64,000 nt of DNA from Macrostomum lignano (GCA_002269645.1 NIVC01001160.1:1-64000), one strand, 5' to 3'. Positions 1 through 13,585 are shown, counted from the first letter of the stretch. Program-made: numbers and translations. The notes: generated by a model from the letters alone, not told the origin.

Positions 1-3000
1 AGCTGAGCCCATGGCTGCAGGTGTATTTCAATGATCGCGAACTTGAAAGCCGCCAGAGTCTCAGCCAGAAGGTGAAGCCGGAGCTACTGGAGCTTGCAGA
101 CGCTGCTTCACGAGTGCAACGGCTATGTCCGCAGCCTGAGGGCAGTCGCTCATCGAATCAGTCAAGATCCGGAGTTGGGAGATGCGCGAATCGTGATTCA
201 CCCTGACCGTCGACCATCTGGGGAACACATTCGGTATGTCTGCAAGACATTCTAATAAGATATTTTGCGTAATAAATTATCCAATTATCCAATTTGTACA
301 GACTCTGTATCCCACAAACTCCGTTCAAAATCAGGCGCTACAACTTGCCTACGGCGAACGAGGTCGGTATCCTGATTTGGAGGACAATGAGAACACACCG
401 GCCAGTCGGGACGTCGTGATTCAACTGCTGGTGGCGGTTCCCAGAGAATCAGCGAGACGCACCGCTCATATCGACCCGCTGGAGTATGTGCTGCTGTTCC
501 GAATGGCGAAGATGGCTGGCACCCGGAGTTGCTGATGAGTAATGGCAAGAAATTGACGCCCATGAAATACTATGCGAGCGAAATCATGGTGCGAGCGGGC
601 CAGTTCAGTGTGCTGCACTATGGCCGAAGATTATTTCAGCAGTACTTGGTGGACATGTGTGCCAAGATTGAGGCAGAGAGGCTGCTGTATTTGCGGACCC
701 ATCAGCAGGACCTGCGCAGCGAGACGTACAGCGGTCTGCGGGACGCTCTGTTTGCAGCTGATGGCATGTCTACCGACAGAGATCCGAGTGACATAGGCAA
801 GCCCGCGCATGTGCTTCTGTCTTCGAGCTTCGTTGGCCGGGCCAAGGTACCTGATGGAGAGGCTACAGGACGCTATGACCTATGTTCACAAGTTCGGTAA
901 GCCGGACCTGTTTGTCACCGCAACGTGCAATCCGAAATGGCCGGAGATCAGCGCTCAGCTTCTGCCTGGACAGCGGGCAGAAGACCGGCCCGACATTGTT
1001 AGCCGAGTCTTTGAAATGAAGAAGAAAGCTCTGCTGGCCCAGTTGACCAAGCGCTATGGGAAAGAGGCCGCTAACGTTTGCTCACTGGAGTACCAGAAGC
1101 GTGGTGAGTAAAAATTCTGACTTGCAAGAATCAAAGTTTTAAGATTTATTAAAATTTAGATTTACAAAGGTTTTGTGATATTTTTTAATACTTTTTTGAC
1201 GCTCCAGGTCTTCCTCATGTGCACTTTCTGCTGTGGCTCGTGAGCGGTCAGCGAGTGACTCCGGACCGATACGATGACATCGTGTCTGCCGAGATTCCGG
1301 ACCCAGAGCAGCAGCCTGTGCTGTATGAGCTGGTGAAGACGCACATGATCCATGGCCCCTGCGGCAAGGAAATCCGGCGTGTCCTTGCATGGAGAATGGC
1401 GAATGCAGCAAGGGCTTTCCGAAAGAGTTCCAGCAGGTGACGCTGACCAGCGATACTGGCTACCCACTGTACCGCAGACTATCGCCTGAGATGGGCGGAT
1501 TTACAGTGGACAAACTGTTCAAAGGCCGGAGCATTCGCATGGACAACAGGGAAGTTCAAACGCTAATATATTGCTTAGTTGTGCATTGCAGCTTTTGTTT
1601 CTGAAAGTTAATGATATTATTTTTCATTAAAACAGGTGGGTCGTTCCGTACAGCCCTGACCTGTTGCTCCAGTTTGCGTGCCACTTGAACGTCGAAGTTT
1701 GCGCCACTGTGAAGTCGGTCAAGTACGTGATCAAGTACCTGTTAAAGGGTGGCGACATGGCGACGTTCAAAGTCGATGCCAATAGGAATTCTACTGAACC
1801 GAGAGAGCAGGCAGTGGGTAACCAGCAGCCGACGCAAACGACACGAAATGAGCCGCGCGTGATGAGATTAAGGAGTACCTGTCCGCGCGCTACATTGGTC
1901 CAATGGAAGCCGTGAATACCATCTTGGGCTTTGAAGTAATTCGCATTCTAATTATTATTGGCTCATTTTAACCAGAGCTGTGAAACCTCATCATAGTATA
2001 AATTGAATTTCCATCGAAACTTAAAGGCTGTATATTTTCCTTTCACTTTCTGATCAGGTGCACAACAGGTTTCCGGCGGTCATCCGACTCTGCGTTCACA
2101 AGTCGGAAGAGCAGCTCGTGTATTTCAACGAGGGGACCGCAAGAGCAAAAGCGAGAACGCCGAAGGATTCGACGTTGACGGCATTTTTCAAGCTGTGCCG
2201 TATTGACGAATTTGCTGGGTCCTTGCTCTACACGGAGGTGCCGTCCTACTTCGTGTGGCACTCCAGCGAAAGAGAGTGGCGGCGGGCCAAGCAGGGTGTG
2301 CGAGTCGATGGCCATCCGGGTGTAGTGCGGAACAAAAACGTTGCACGCATGTACACGGTGAGTCCAAGAGCAGGTGATTTATTTTATGTTCGAATGCTCC
2401 TTTTGAATGTTAGGGGACCGACTAGCTTCGAGGCGCTGCAGACCGTGGACGGCGTTGTGCATCCGAGCGCCAAGGCTGCTTGCATGGCCCTTGGCCTGCT
2501 GCAGCGAGATGATCACTGGCGGCGGTGTCTAGCTGAGGCCGTTCAGTCAAGAATGCCAAGAGCCCTGAGACATCTTCTGGCCGTAATTCTCATATGGGGT
2601 GAGCCTGAGGATGGCAGCGACCTCTGGTGCAGTTTTGCCGAGGATCTCAGCGAGGACCTGCGGTTTCACCACCGAGACTTGAGCACCGAGGAGATTACTG
2701 ACCTGGCGCTGCGTGAGCTTCAGAGCATGCTGATCTCCATGGGCGGGAGAAGCCTGCCAGAGTACGGCCTGCCTGCGGCCTCCGTGACACCTCAAGATGG
2801 ACCAATGCAGTTTGATACGGTTGAGCAAGCACTGATTACTGAGGCGCGCTTACCAATGCTGACAGATGAGCAGAAAGCGGTGTACGAGTCCGTGACTCAG
2901 AATCTTGTGGACGGCACCAGCGGCTTGCACTTCTTGGACGCACCTGCTGGCACTGGCAAGACCTTCCTGCTGGAGGTTCTGCTAGCCTTCGTGCGCAGCC

Positions 3001-4490
3001 GGGGTGAAGTCGCCCTCGCCGTTGCGGCTTCTGGAATCGCAGCGACTCTTTTGCCAGGTGGACAGACGGCGCATTCAACGTGAGTAATTTATTGTCAATA
3101 TTTCAAAAAGCAGTTGTAAATATTTCGTGTGCTGTAAATATGTTCGGCATGGTGAAACTATTTGTCTATGCCAGGTTCAAGATACCAATTCGGGCGATCC
3201 GTTCGAGCAAAGACGTGTGCGCTGTTGGAGCGCAGTCCAAACAGGCCGCTTTATTTCGGACAGTGCGTCTAATTGTCTGGGACGAGATTTCTATGACAAA
3301 CCGGAAGGATTTGGAGGCCGTCGACCGGTGCTTGCGAGACGTGCGGAAGCAGGACGTGCCATTCGGCGGAGTGGTTTTTGTTTGCGCTGGGGACTTTCGC
3401 CAGCTGCTGCCCGTTGTGGTGCATGGGACTCGAGCCAACAGCGTCATGGCGTGTGTCAGCAGATCCCCACTGTGGAAATTTTTCCGGCGGCATCGCCTTA
3501 CAAGAAACATCCGATTGCTGAGCAGTTCCGATTCTGCAACGTATTTGAGATACACCGAGCTACTCAAGCAGGTAAGTTTGTTTTCATCAGTTTATTTATT
3601 GGAAGATTTAAGGATGTTCGGTTTCTTTCGTGTTGAGAGCTCCATTTTAAAAATTGTGGCTTATTCAAGAATGCCTTGCTTAAAGTCTGTCTAGCGTTTT
3701 AAATATTTGACTTTTAACTCCCCCAGATCGGATCCGGAACAATTGAGCAGGATGCAGAGGAGAAAGTGTCTCTTCCTGCTGAGATCATTATTTCTGCGGA
3801 GGCGCCGCTCAATGATCTGATAAATTTTGTGTACCCATCGTTTGAGGCCTCAGTGGAGAGGGACGGCTACTTTGCAAGCCGAGCGATCCTGGCGCCGTAC
3901 AATGACTCAGTGGATGCCATCAACGAGACGTGCCTGGGCATGTTCCCGGCAGCCTGCGGGAGTACCGCTCAATAGACAGTGTGGCCGATGAGGATGCCGC
4001 TACGCACTTCCCGCCTGAGTTGCTCAACCAGCTGGATGCCCCGAACTTTCCGATTCACTTGCTGAGGCTAAAAGTGGGTATGCCAGTAGTTCTTCTCAGG
4101 AACATCAACCCGCCACGATTGTGCAATGGTACGCGGCTGATCATACTCGCAATGGGCGAGAACGTGCTTAGATGCAAGATTGCCGCCGGCCAGTTCACGG
4201 GAGACGAGATTCTTCTGCCGCGAATCCCGCTGATTCCTAGCAATGCGGACCTCCCCGTCAGTTTTAAGCGGCTGCAGTTCCCTGTGAAGCCGAGTTTCTG
4301 CCTGACGATTCACAAGTCGCAGGGACAGTCTCTGGACACAGTTGGCATTGACCTGTCAGTCGGTTGCTTCACGCATGGCCAGCTGTACACGGCGCTGTCA
4401 CGAGCAAAGAACGCAGCAAATGTTCGCGTCCGGATTCCGGGAACAAGGACCAGAAACGTTGTGTTTCCAGAAGTTCTCACTGAAGAGTAA
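1..4490 (+). CDS. Helitron RepHel (HUH Rep endonuclease + PIF1-like SF1 helicase), 5'-truncated by window edge, 6 short introns, several single-base frameshifts
   Basis: Splicing introns 234-334, 1104-1207, 1550-1635, 1936-2057, 3080-3174 and 3572-3726 restores typical RepHel motifs: HIR|[29 protein letters not shown]|[10 protein letters not shown] (HUH), DNR|[20 protein letters not shown]|[17 protein letters not shown] (Walker A), AHST|[12 protein letters not shown] (Walker B), [42 protein letters not shown]. Stop at 4488-4490. Frameshifts near 90, 375-500 (several), 838, 1370, 1858 and 3946; the donor at 1550 reads GGAAGT. Confidence 0.95.
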
Positions 4491-5617
4491 TTTATTTATC
4501 GTAAAAAATGAGGGGTGAGCAATAATTTTCCTTATTATTGCAAAAGGCTAGAAAGTATATTCATTTATTTTTAAGCAAAAATAGAATAATTATTTCCCAT
4601 ATCTCTTAAGTAATAGCTCTCATTCTCTAAAGCAATAGCTGTCAATAGCTCTCATTCCTAAAAGAATCGCAGGAAACTTATTGCCCCAACCTCATTTCTA
4701 ACGAAGCGTAGATATTGCATGGCAGTGAGTACGAGCTAATAGCTGATGAACTTTATGTTGAAGCTCAATTAGGCTTATTTTATTCATTGTATAAATTTTT
4801 ACAGTCAATTTGCACTTTACAGTTAATTTGTATTTTAAGGCAATTTCATATTAGCCGAAAGTAACTTTTGAAACAAACCTTCTTTTGCACTGCTTTTAAT
4901 GAATTCAATCTTTGATGAGCAGTTAATTTTGTCTTTTATTTTTCCCCTGAAATTTCATTATAATTTGTCTAAAAACTTTACTTATTTTATATCGCAAATT
5001 TATGCAAAAGACGAAACAATTTTGTTTTTAGTTTTCCAAGGTTCGCAAAAACTTAACATTAGAGTGAATTTTAGTATATGGATTTTTACGCAAACTACGA
5101 GTGACAGTCTTTTTTTCAAAAATCAAAAATATCTCAAGTCACCTGTAACAACTGTGGACTGTAAGCTCATAAAAAACGATTTGCATCAACTTGCGACGGG
5201 GCCTTCGTCTTCCATATATTGAAAGTTGAATAATATACGAAACTCACAAGATGTCAATTTTAACTAAGGCGAAGGCCCTGAATGAAGCTTTTGTCTTACT
5301 TCATTTCTTAATCTTTGGCGAAACAAATATGAATAGTCTGTGGCAAAGCGCAAAGGCTAAGGAAATAGAGCCGAACTGATTGTTCTGACTATGGATTTGA
5401 GGGCAGGAATGAGCGAATCCGAGGGCTGCGACTATAGACTAACGTAGAGTATTAAAGGAACTCATCTGCAGCCATTGCACACGCTATGTATACGTGACAT
5501 ATCGGTTGTACTTTTAATGCCATGTTCATAAGTTTCACTTTGTACTTTTCAAGTTTATTCGCAAAAAATACAAAAAATTCTTGCGTTACAAACGTCAAAA
5601 ACGTTTAACAAACGTTA

Positions 5618-6500
5618 AAAATTAAAGAGCCACCATGTCTAACATTAAAGAGCCACCATGCCAAACATTAAAGAGCCACCATGTCAAACATAAAAGGACC
5701 AACATGTCAAACATTAAAGAGCCACAATGTCAAGCATAAAAGGACCACCATGTCGAACATTAAAGAGCCACCATGTCAAAAATTAAAGAGCCACCATGTC
5801 GAACATTATAGAGCCACCATGTCTAACATTAAAGAGCCACCATGTCGAACATTAAAGAGCCACCATGTCGAAGATTATAGAGCCACCATGTCGAACATTA
5901 AAGAGCCACCATTTCAATCATTAAAGAGCCATCATCACATTGAGGTGCCACCAGGTCAAACATTAAAGAGCCACCATGTCAAACCTAAAAGAGCCACCAT
6001 GTCAAACATTAAAGAGCCACCATGTCGAACATTAAAGAGCCATCATGTCAAACACTAAAAAGCCACCATGTCAAACATAAAAGAGCTACCATGCCAAACA
6101 TTAAAAAAGAGCCACCATGTCAAAAATAAAAAAGCCACCATGTAGAACATTAAAGAGCCATTATGTCAAACCTAAAAGAGCCACCATGTCAAACATTTAA
6201 GAGCCACCATGTCAAACATTAAAGAGCCACCATGTCAAACATTAAAGAGCCACCATGTCAAGCATAAAAGGACCACCATGTCGAGCATTATAGAGCCACC
6301 ATGTCTAACATTAAAGAGCCACCATGTCGAACATTAAAGAGCCACCATGTCGAAGATTATAGAGCCACCATGTCGAACATTAAAGAGCCACCATTTCAAT
6401 CATTAAAGAGCCACCATGTCAAACATTAAAGAGCCACCATGTCGAACATTAAAGAGCCATCATGTCAAACACTAAAAAGCCACCATGTCAAACATAAAAG
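5618..6500. repeat. 23-bp minisatellite (AAACATTAAAGAGCCACCATGTC), about 38 units, inside Helitron 1
   Basis: Directly visible. An internal block near 5790-5930 recurs near 6270-6410. Confidence 0.95.
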
Positions 6501-6589
6501 ACACACAATTTCAAACGTAAAAGTAAGCGTCATGCCAATTTTAAAGGAGCCACTATAGAGCTAAGGAAATTGTTGCACTAGCTACTTAT

Positions 6590-6740
6590 TGTCTGGTGGA
6601 TGCTTGCTATTTGGGGATGCTTGCTATCTGGGGGATGCTTGCTATCTGGGGGATGCTTGCTATCTGGGGGAAGCTTGCTATCTTGGGGATGCTTGCTTTC
6701 TGGGGGATGCTTGCTATCTGGGGGATGCTTGCTGTCTTGG
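6590..6740. repeat. 18-bp minisatellite (GGGGGATGCTTGCTATCT), subterminal in Helitron 1
   Basis: Directly visible; explains the GDACYL/GGCLLS ORFs. Confidence 0.9.
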
Positions 6741-7431
6741 GATGATTTCTTTTTGCATTACACTTTATTTGAGCAGTTTGTCTGTTGTCTTTGTCAAGGC
6801 TTTATTTGGCTGTCTTTTTGTTACTTGTAGAGAACAGAGATTCTATACAGATGCCCCCCAACGGGGGGCGAAGATTGCTAGTCCATATACTAAAAATGGT
6901 CTGTCGGTATGTGTGTGTGTGTATGTGTGTGTGTGTGATCGATTTTAGCAAAAACGGCTCAACCGATTTTCTTCGAACTTGCACTGTTCGATCAGAAATT
7001 TTCCCGTGACAGTACATGCATCGTGGCTAAGAAATTGCTTGATGCTAAAGGGATTAAATATTCGAAAAACATGCTTTTTTGCAAAGGTCAAGCAGCTCTT
7101 TCGACTTGAAATGCATCGTAAGAATGCTAGCAGAAAAACTGACTGGTTGAATTCTGATTCTGAAATAGATTGCATCACAATACACTTTATTTATCGTCTG
7201 TGTACTGGCTGAATTTGACACTCAATTGAATTGCGTCACAGCTTTGAGTGTGAAAGCATAGCGCAGTACTGAATTTATATTACGTAACCATATTGTAAAC
7301 TTTCATAGACACTGGTACTGACTTGCCTAAGAAATTGATTATGTCATAACTGCTTCGTGAGACTTTTTACTCTACCTGAGTTGGTGTGAGTGTTGAATTA
7401 TATAAGTGGTACAACATCACTGATAACTTCG

Positions 7432-7500
7432 ATGAGAGCTAGCCTAGAGCTGAACAGACCAGACTGCTAATGCAGCGACCTAGGTTCGAATCTAAGTAGT
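7432..7500 (+). pseudogene. Degenerate tRNA-derived sequence (tRNA-Ser(GCT)-like / SINE head)
   Basis: A-box-like TAGCCTAGAG, GACTGCTAATGC anticodon-arm-like segment and B-box GGTTCGAATCT at tRNA-like spacing. Acceptor and T stems pair poorly. Confidence 0.35.
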
Positions 7501-7562
7501 TTAAAAGTAGTAGTGTAAATTTTTTTATTAAAAGGTTTTATTAAAGGACTAAATAAAAACAC

Positions 7563-10500
7563 TTAGATTACTGCACTCGATAAGCCAAGGATTATTGCTA
7601 TTAATAAACCAAGGACTACTGCACTCGATAAACCAAGGACTATTGCTCTTGGCAAACCAAGGATTACTGCACTCAAGAAGCCAAGGATTATTGCTATTAA
7701 TAAACCAAGGATTACTGCACTTGGAAAACCAAGGATTACTGCACTCGATAAACCAAGGACTATTGCTCTTGGCAAACCAAGGATTACTGCACTCAGGAAG
7801 CCAAGGATTATTGCACTTGGAAAACCAAGGATTACTGCACTCGATAAACCAAGGACTATTGCTCTTGGCAAACCAAGGATTACTGCACTCAAGAAGCCAA
7901 GGATTATTGCTATTAATAAACCAAGGATTACTGCACTTGGAAAACCAAGGATTACTGCACTCGATAAACCAAGGACTATTGCTCTTGGCAAACCAAGGAT
8001 TACTGCACTCAGGAAGCCAAGGATTATTGCACTTGGAAAACCAAGGATTACTGCACTCGATAAACCAAGGACTATTGCTCTTGGCAAACCAAGGATTACT
8101 GCACTCAAGAAGCCAAGGATTATTGCACTTGGAAAACCAAGGATTACTGCACTCGATAAACCAAGGACTATTGCACTTGATAAACCAAGGAATATTGCAC
8201 TTGATAGGCCAAGGATTACTGCACTTGATAAACCAAGGATTATTGCACTTGATAGGCCAAAGATTACTGCGCTTGATAAACCAAGGATTATTGCACTTGA
8301 TAAACCAAGGATTATTGCACTTGATAAGCCAAGGATTACTGCGCTTGATAAACCAAGGATTATTGCACTTGATAAACAAAGGATTATTGCACTTGATAAA
8401 CAAAGGATTATTGCACTTGATAAACAAAGGATTATTGCACTTGATAAACCAAGGATTATTGCACTTGATAAGCCAAGGATTATTGCACTTGATAAGCCAA
8501 GGATTACTGCGCTTGATAAACCAAGGATTATTGCACTTGATAAACAAAGGATTATTGCACTTGATAAACAAAAGATTATTGCACTTGATAGGCCAAAGAT
8601 TACTGCGCTTGATAAACCAAGGATTATTGCACTTGATAAACCAAGGATTATTGCACTTGATAAGCCAAGGATTACTGCGCTTGATAAACCAAGGATTATT
8701 GCACTTGATAAACAAAGGATTATTGCACTTGATAAACAAAGGATTATTGCACTTGATAAACCAAGGATTATTGCACTTGATAAGCCAAGGATTATTGCAC
8801 TTGATAAGCCATGGATTATTGCACTTGATAAACCAATGATTATTGCAGTTGATAAGCCAAGGATTATTGCATCTGATAAACCAAAGATTATTGCACTTGA
8901 TAAACCAAGGATTATTGCACTTGATAAACAAAGGATTATTGCACTTGATAGGCCAAAGATTACTGCGCTTGATAAACCAAGGATTATTGCACTTGATAAA
9001 CCAAGGATTATTGCACTTGATAAGCCAAGGATTATTGCACTTGATAAACCAAGGATTATTGCAGTTGATAAGCCAAGGATTATTGCATCTGATAAACCAA
9101 GGATTATTGCACTTGATAAACCAAGGATTATTGCACTTGATAAACCAAGGATTATTGCACTTGATAAACCAAGGATTATTGCTCTTGGCAAACCAAGGAT
9201 TACTGCACTCGATAAGCCAAGGATTATTGCTCTTAATAAACCAAGGATTACTGCACTTGGAAAACTAAGGATTACTGCACTCGATAAACTAAGGATTATT
9301 GCTCTTGGCAAACCAAGGATTATTGCACTTGATAGGCCAAGGATTACTGCACTTGATAAACCAAGGATTATTGCACTTGATAAACCAAAGATTATTGCAC
9401 TTGATAAGCCAAGGATTATTGCACTTGATAGGCCAAGGATTACTGCGCTTGATAAACCAAGGATTATTGCACTTGATAAACCAAGGATTATTGCACTTGA
9501 TAAGCCAAGGATTACTGCGCTTGATAAACCAAGGATTATTGCACTTGATAAACAAAGGATTATTGCACTTGATAAACAAAGGATTATTGCACTTGATAAA
9601 CAAAGGATTATTGCACTTGATAAACCAAGGATTATTGCACTTGATAAGCCAAGGATTATTGCACTTGATAAGCCAAGGATTACTGCGCTTGATAAACCAA
9701 GGATTATTGCACTTGATAAACAAAGGATTATTGCACTTGATAAACAAAAGATTATTGCACTTGATAGGCCAAAGATTACTGCGCTTGATAAACCAAGGAT
9801 TATTGCACTTGATAAACCAAGGATTATTGCACTTGATAAGCCAAGGATTACTGCGCTTGATAAACCAAGGATTATTGCACTTGATAAACAAAGGATTATT
9901 GCACTTGATAAACAAAGGATTATTGCACTTGATAAACAAAGGATTATTGCACTTGATAAACCAAGGATTATTGCACTTGATAAGCCAAGGATTATTGCAC
10001 TTGATAAGCCATGGATTATTGCACTTGATAGTAAAGAATGTTGCACTTGATAAGCCAAGGATTAATGCACTGGATTATTCAAGGATTATTGATATTAATA
10101 AACCAAGGACTACTCCACTCGATAAACCAAGGATTATTGCTATTAATAAACCAAGGATTACTGCACTTGGAAAACCAAGGATTACTGCACTCGATAAACC
10201 AAGGACTATTGCTCTTGGCAAACCAAGGATTACTGCACTCAGGAAGCCAAGGATTATTGCACTTGGAAAACCAAGGATTACTGCACTCGATAAACCAAGG
10301 ACTATTGCTCTTGGCAAACCAAGGATTACTGCACTCAAGAAGCCAAGGATTATTGCACTTGGAAAACCAAGGATTACTGCACTCGATAAACCAAGGACTA
10401 TTGCACTTGATAAACCAAGGAATATTGCACTTGATAGGCCAAGGATTACTGCACTTGATAAACCAAGGATTATTGCACTTGATAGGCCAAAGATTACTGC

Positions 10501-13110
10501 GCTTGATAAACCAAGGATTATTGCACTTGATAAACCAAGGATTATTGCACTTGATAAGCCAAGGATTACTGCGCTTGATAAACCAAGGATTATTGCACTT
10601 GATAAACAAAGGATTATTGCACTTGATAAACAAAGGATTATTGCACTTGATAAACAAAGGATTATTGCACTTGATAAACCAAGGATTATTGCACTTGATA
10701 AGCCAAGGATTATTGCACTTGATAAGCCAAGGATTACTGCGCTTGATAAACCAAGGATTATTGCACTTGATAAACAAAGGATTATTGCACTTGATAAACA
10801 AAAGATTATTGCACTTGATAGGCCAAAGATTACTGCGCTTGATAAACCAAGGATTATTGCACTTGATAAACCAAGGATTATTGCACTTGATAAGCCAAGG
10901 ATTACTGCGCTTGATAAACCAAGGATTATTGCACTTGATAAACAAAGGATTATTGCACTTGATAAACAAAGGATTATTGCACTTGATAAACCAAGGATTA
11001 TTGCACTTGATAAGCCAAGGATTATTGCACTTGATAAGCCATGGATTATTGCACTTGATAAACCAATGATTATTGCAGTTGATAAGCCAAGGATTATTGC
11101 ATCTGATAAACCAAAGATTATTGCACTTGATAAACCAAGGATTATTGCACTTGATAAACAAAGGATTATTGCACTTGATAGGCCAAAGATTACTGCGCTT
11201 GATAAACCAAGGATTATTGCACTTGATAAACCAAGGATTATTGCACTTGATAAGCCAAGGATTATTGCACTTGATAAACCAAGGATTATTGCAGTTGATA
11301 AGCCAAGGATTATTGCATCTGATAAACCAAGGATTATTGCACTTGATAAACCAAGGATTATTGCACTTGATAAACCAAGGATTATTGCACTTGATAAACC
11401 AAGGATTATTGCTCTTGGCAAACCAAGGATTACTGCACTCGATAAGCCAAGGATTATTGCTCTTAATAAACCAAGGATTACTGCACTTGGAAAACTAAGG
11501 ATTACTGCACTCGATAAACTAAGGATTATTGCTCTTGGCAAACCAAGGATTATTGCACTTGATAGGCCAAGGATTACTGCACTTGATAAACCAAGGATTA
11601 TTGCACTTGATAAACCAAAGATTATTGCACTTGATAAGCCAAGGATTATTGCACTTGATAGGCCAAGGATTACTGCGCTTGATAAACCAAGGATTATTGC
11701 ACTTGATAAACCAAGGATTATTGCACTTGATAAGCCAAGGATTACTGCGCTTGATAAACCAAGGATTATTGCACTTGATAAACAAAGGATTATTGCACTT
11801 GATAAACAAAGGATTATTGCACTTGATAAACAAAGGATTATTGCACTTGATAAACCAAGGATTATTGCACTTGATAAGCCAAGGATTATTGCACTTGATA
11901 AGCCAAGGATTACTGCGCTTGATAAACCAAGGATTATTGCACTTGATAAACAAAGGATTATTGCACTTGATAAACAAAAGATTATTGCACTTGATAGGCC
12001 AAAGATTACTGCGCTTGATAAACCAAGGATTATTGCACTTGATAAACCAAGGATTATTGCACTTGATAAGCCAAGGATTACTGCGCTTGATAAACCAAGG
12101 ATTATTGCACTTGATAAACAAAGGATTATTGCACTTGATAAACAAAGGATTATTGCACTTGATAAACAAAGGATTATTGCACTTGATAAACCAAGGATTA
12201 TTGCACTTGATAAGCCAAGGATTATTGCACTTGATAAGCCATGGATTATTGCACTTGATAGTAAAGAATGTTGCACTTGATAAGCCAAGGATTAATGCAC
12301 TGGATTATTCAAGGATTATTGATATTAATAAACCAAGGACTACTCCACTCGATAAACCAAGGATTATTGCTCTTAATAAACCAAGGATTACTGCACTTGG
12401 AAAACTAAGGATTACTGCACTCGATAAACCAAAGACTATTGCACTTGATAAACCAAGGATTATTGCACTTGATAGGCCAAGGATTACTGCACTTGATAAA
12501 CCAAGGATTATTGCACTTGATAGGCCAAAAATTACTGCGCTTGATAAACCAAGGATTATTGCACTTGATAAACCAAGGATTATTGCACTTGATAAGCCAA
12601 GGATTATTGCACTTGATAAACCAATGATTATTGCAGTTGATAAGCCAAGGATTATTGCATCTGATAAACCAAAGATTATTGCACTTGATAAACCAAGGAT
12701 TATTGCACTTGATAAACAAAGGATTATTGCACTTGATAGGCCAAAGATTACTGCGCTTGATAAACCAAGGATTATTGCACTTGATAAACCAAGGATTATT
12801 GCACTTGATAAGCCAAGGATTATTGCACTTGATAAACCAAGGATTATTGCAGTTGATAAGCCAAGGATTATTGCATCTGATAAACCAAGGATTATTGCAC
12901 TTGATAAACCAAGGATTATTGCACTTGATAAACCAAGGATTATTGCACTTGATTAATCAAGGATTATTGCTATTAATAAACCAAGGATTATTGCACTAGC
13001 TGAGAAGCTGATTACTGCGCTGTCTAAAAAAGAGATTATTGCGCTCGCTGAGACGTGGATTGTTGCACAACCTGAGAAAGCGATTATTGCATTAGCGGAA
13101 GTAACATTTG
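7563..13110. repeat. 24-bp minisatellite (GATAAACCAAGGATTATTGCACTT), about 225 units, with a 2230-bp higher-order duplication
   Basis: Directly visible. The marker unit GATAGTAAAGAATGTTGCACTT occurs near 10028 and 12258 (offset 2230), and ORFs 7563-10058 and 10075-12288 translate identically over hundreds of residues. Confidence 0.97.
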
Positions 13111-13119
13111 CACTAGCTA

Positions 13120-13585
13120 CTTGCTGTCTCGTGGATGCTTGCTCTCGAGGGGGATACTTGCTATTTGGGAGAGGGGGTACTGGCTACATGCATGGGATTC
13201 TTTCTATCCAGGGATGCTTGCTATTCAGGGATTCTTGCTATCTGCAGGATGCTTGCTATTTAGGGATTCTTGCTATCTGCAGGATGCTTGCTATCTGGGT
13301 GGATGCTTCTATAATATCTGGGGGGTGCTTGCTATCTGCAGAATGCTTCTATAATATCTGGGGGTGCTTGCTATCTGCAGGATGCTTCTATAATATCTGG
13401 GGGTGCTTGCTATCTGCAGGATGCTTCTATAATATCTGGGGGTGCTTGCTATCTGCAGAATGCTTGCTATCTGGGTGGATGCTTCTATAATATCTGGGGG
13501 GTGCTTGCTAATCTGCAGATGCTTGCTATCTGTGGTGATTCTTGCTATGAGCATTAGAGGATGCTTGCTATCTGCGATTGTTCAC
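13120..13585. repeat. GATGCTTGCTATCT-family minisatellite (18/19-bp units and 39-bp compound units), subterminal in Helitron 2
   Basis: Same core as the 6590-6740 array and preceded by the same TTGCACTAGCTACTT anchor. Confidence 0.85.

Larger units (their letters stand above)
1..6881 (+). mobile_element. Autonomous-type Helitron (5' end outside window)
   Basis: RepHel gene, then a perfect hairpin GCCCCCC-AAC-GGGGGGC (6853-6869), an 8-nt spacer and CTAG (6878-6881) followed by T: the canonical Helitron 3' terminus. That this terminus belongs to the same element as the RepHel is inferred from position. Confidence 0.8.

Noticed and set aside
236-4313. Short alternative-frame and antisense ORFs over the Helitron and over GC-rich exons elsewhere
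   Set aside because: They are shadows of GC-rich coding sequence with no recognisable motifs.
5618-6500. GCCACCATG (Kozak consensus) in nearly every 23-bp unit as a translation device
   Set aside because: The 23-bp period shifts frame each unit and stops follow quickly. One chance seed explains all copies.
7549-12999. ORFs of 340-993 aa (DKPRIIAL, INQGLLHL, LSSAIILG, FIKCNNPW repeats) as current genes
   Set aside because: A 24-bp unit lacking stops in four frames yields overlapping ORFs on both strands automatically. There are no credible starts, and the frames break at indel units.
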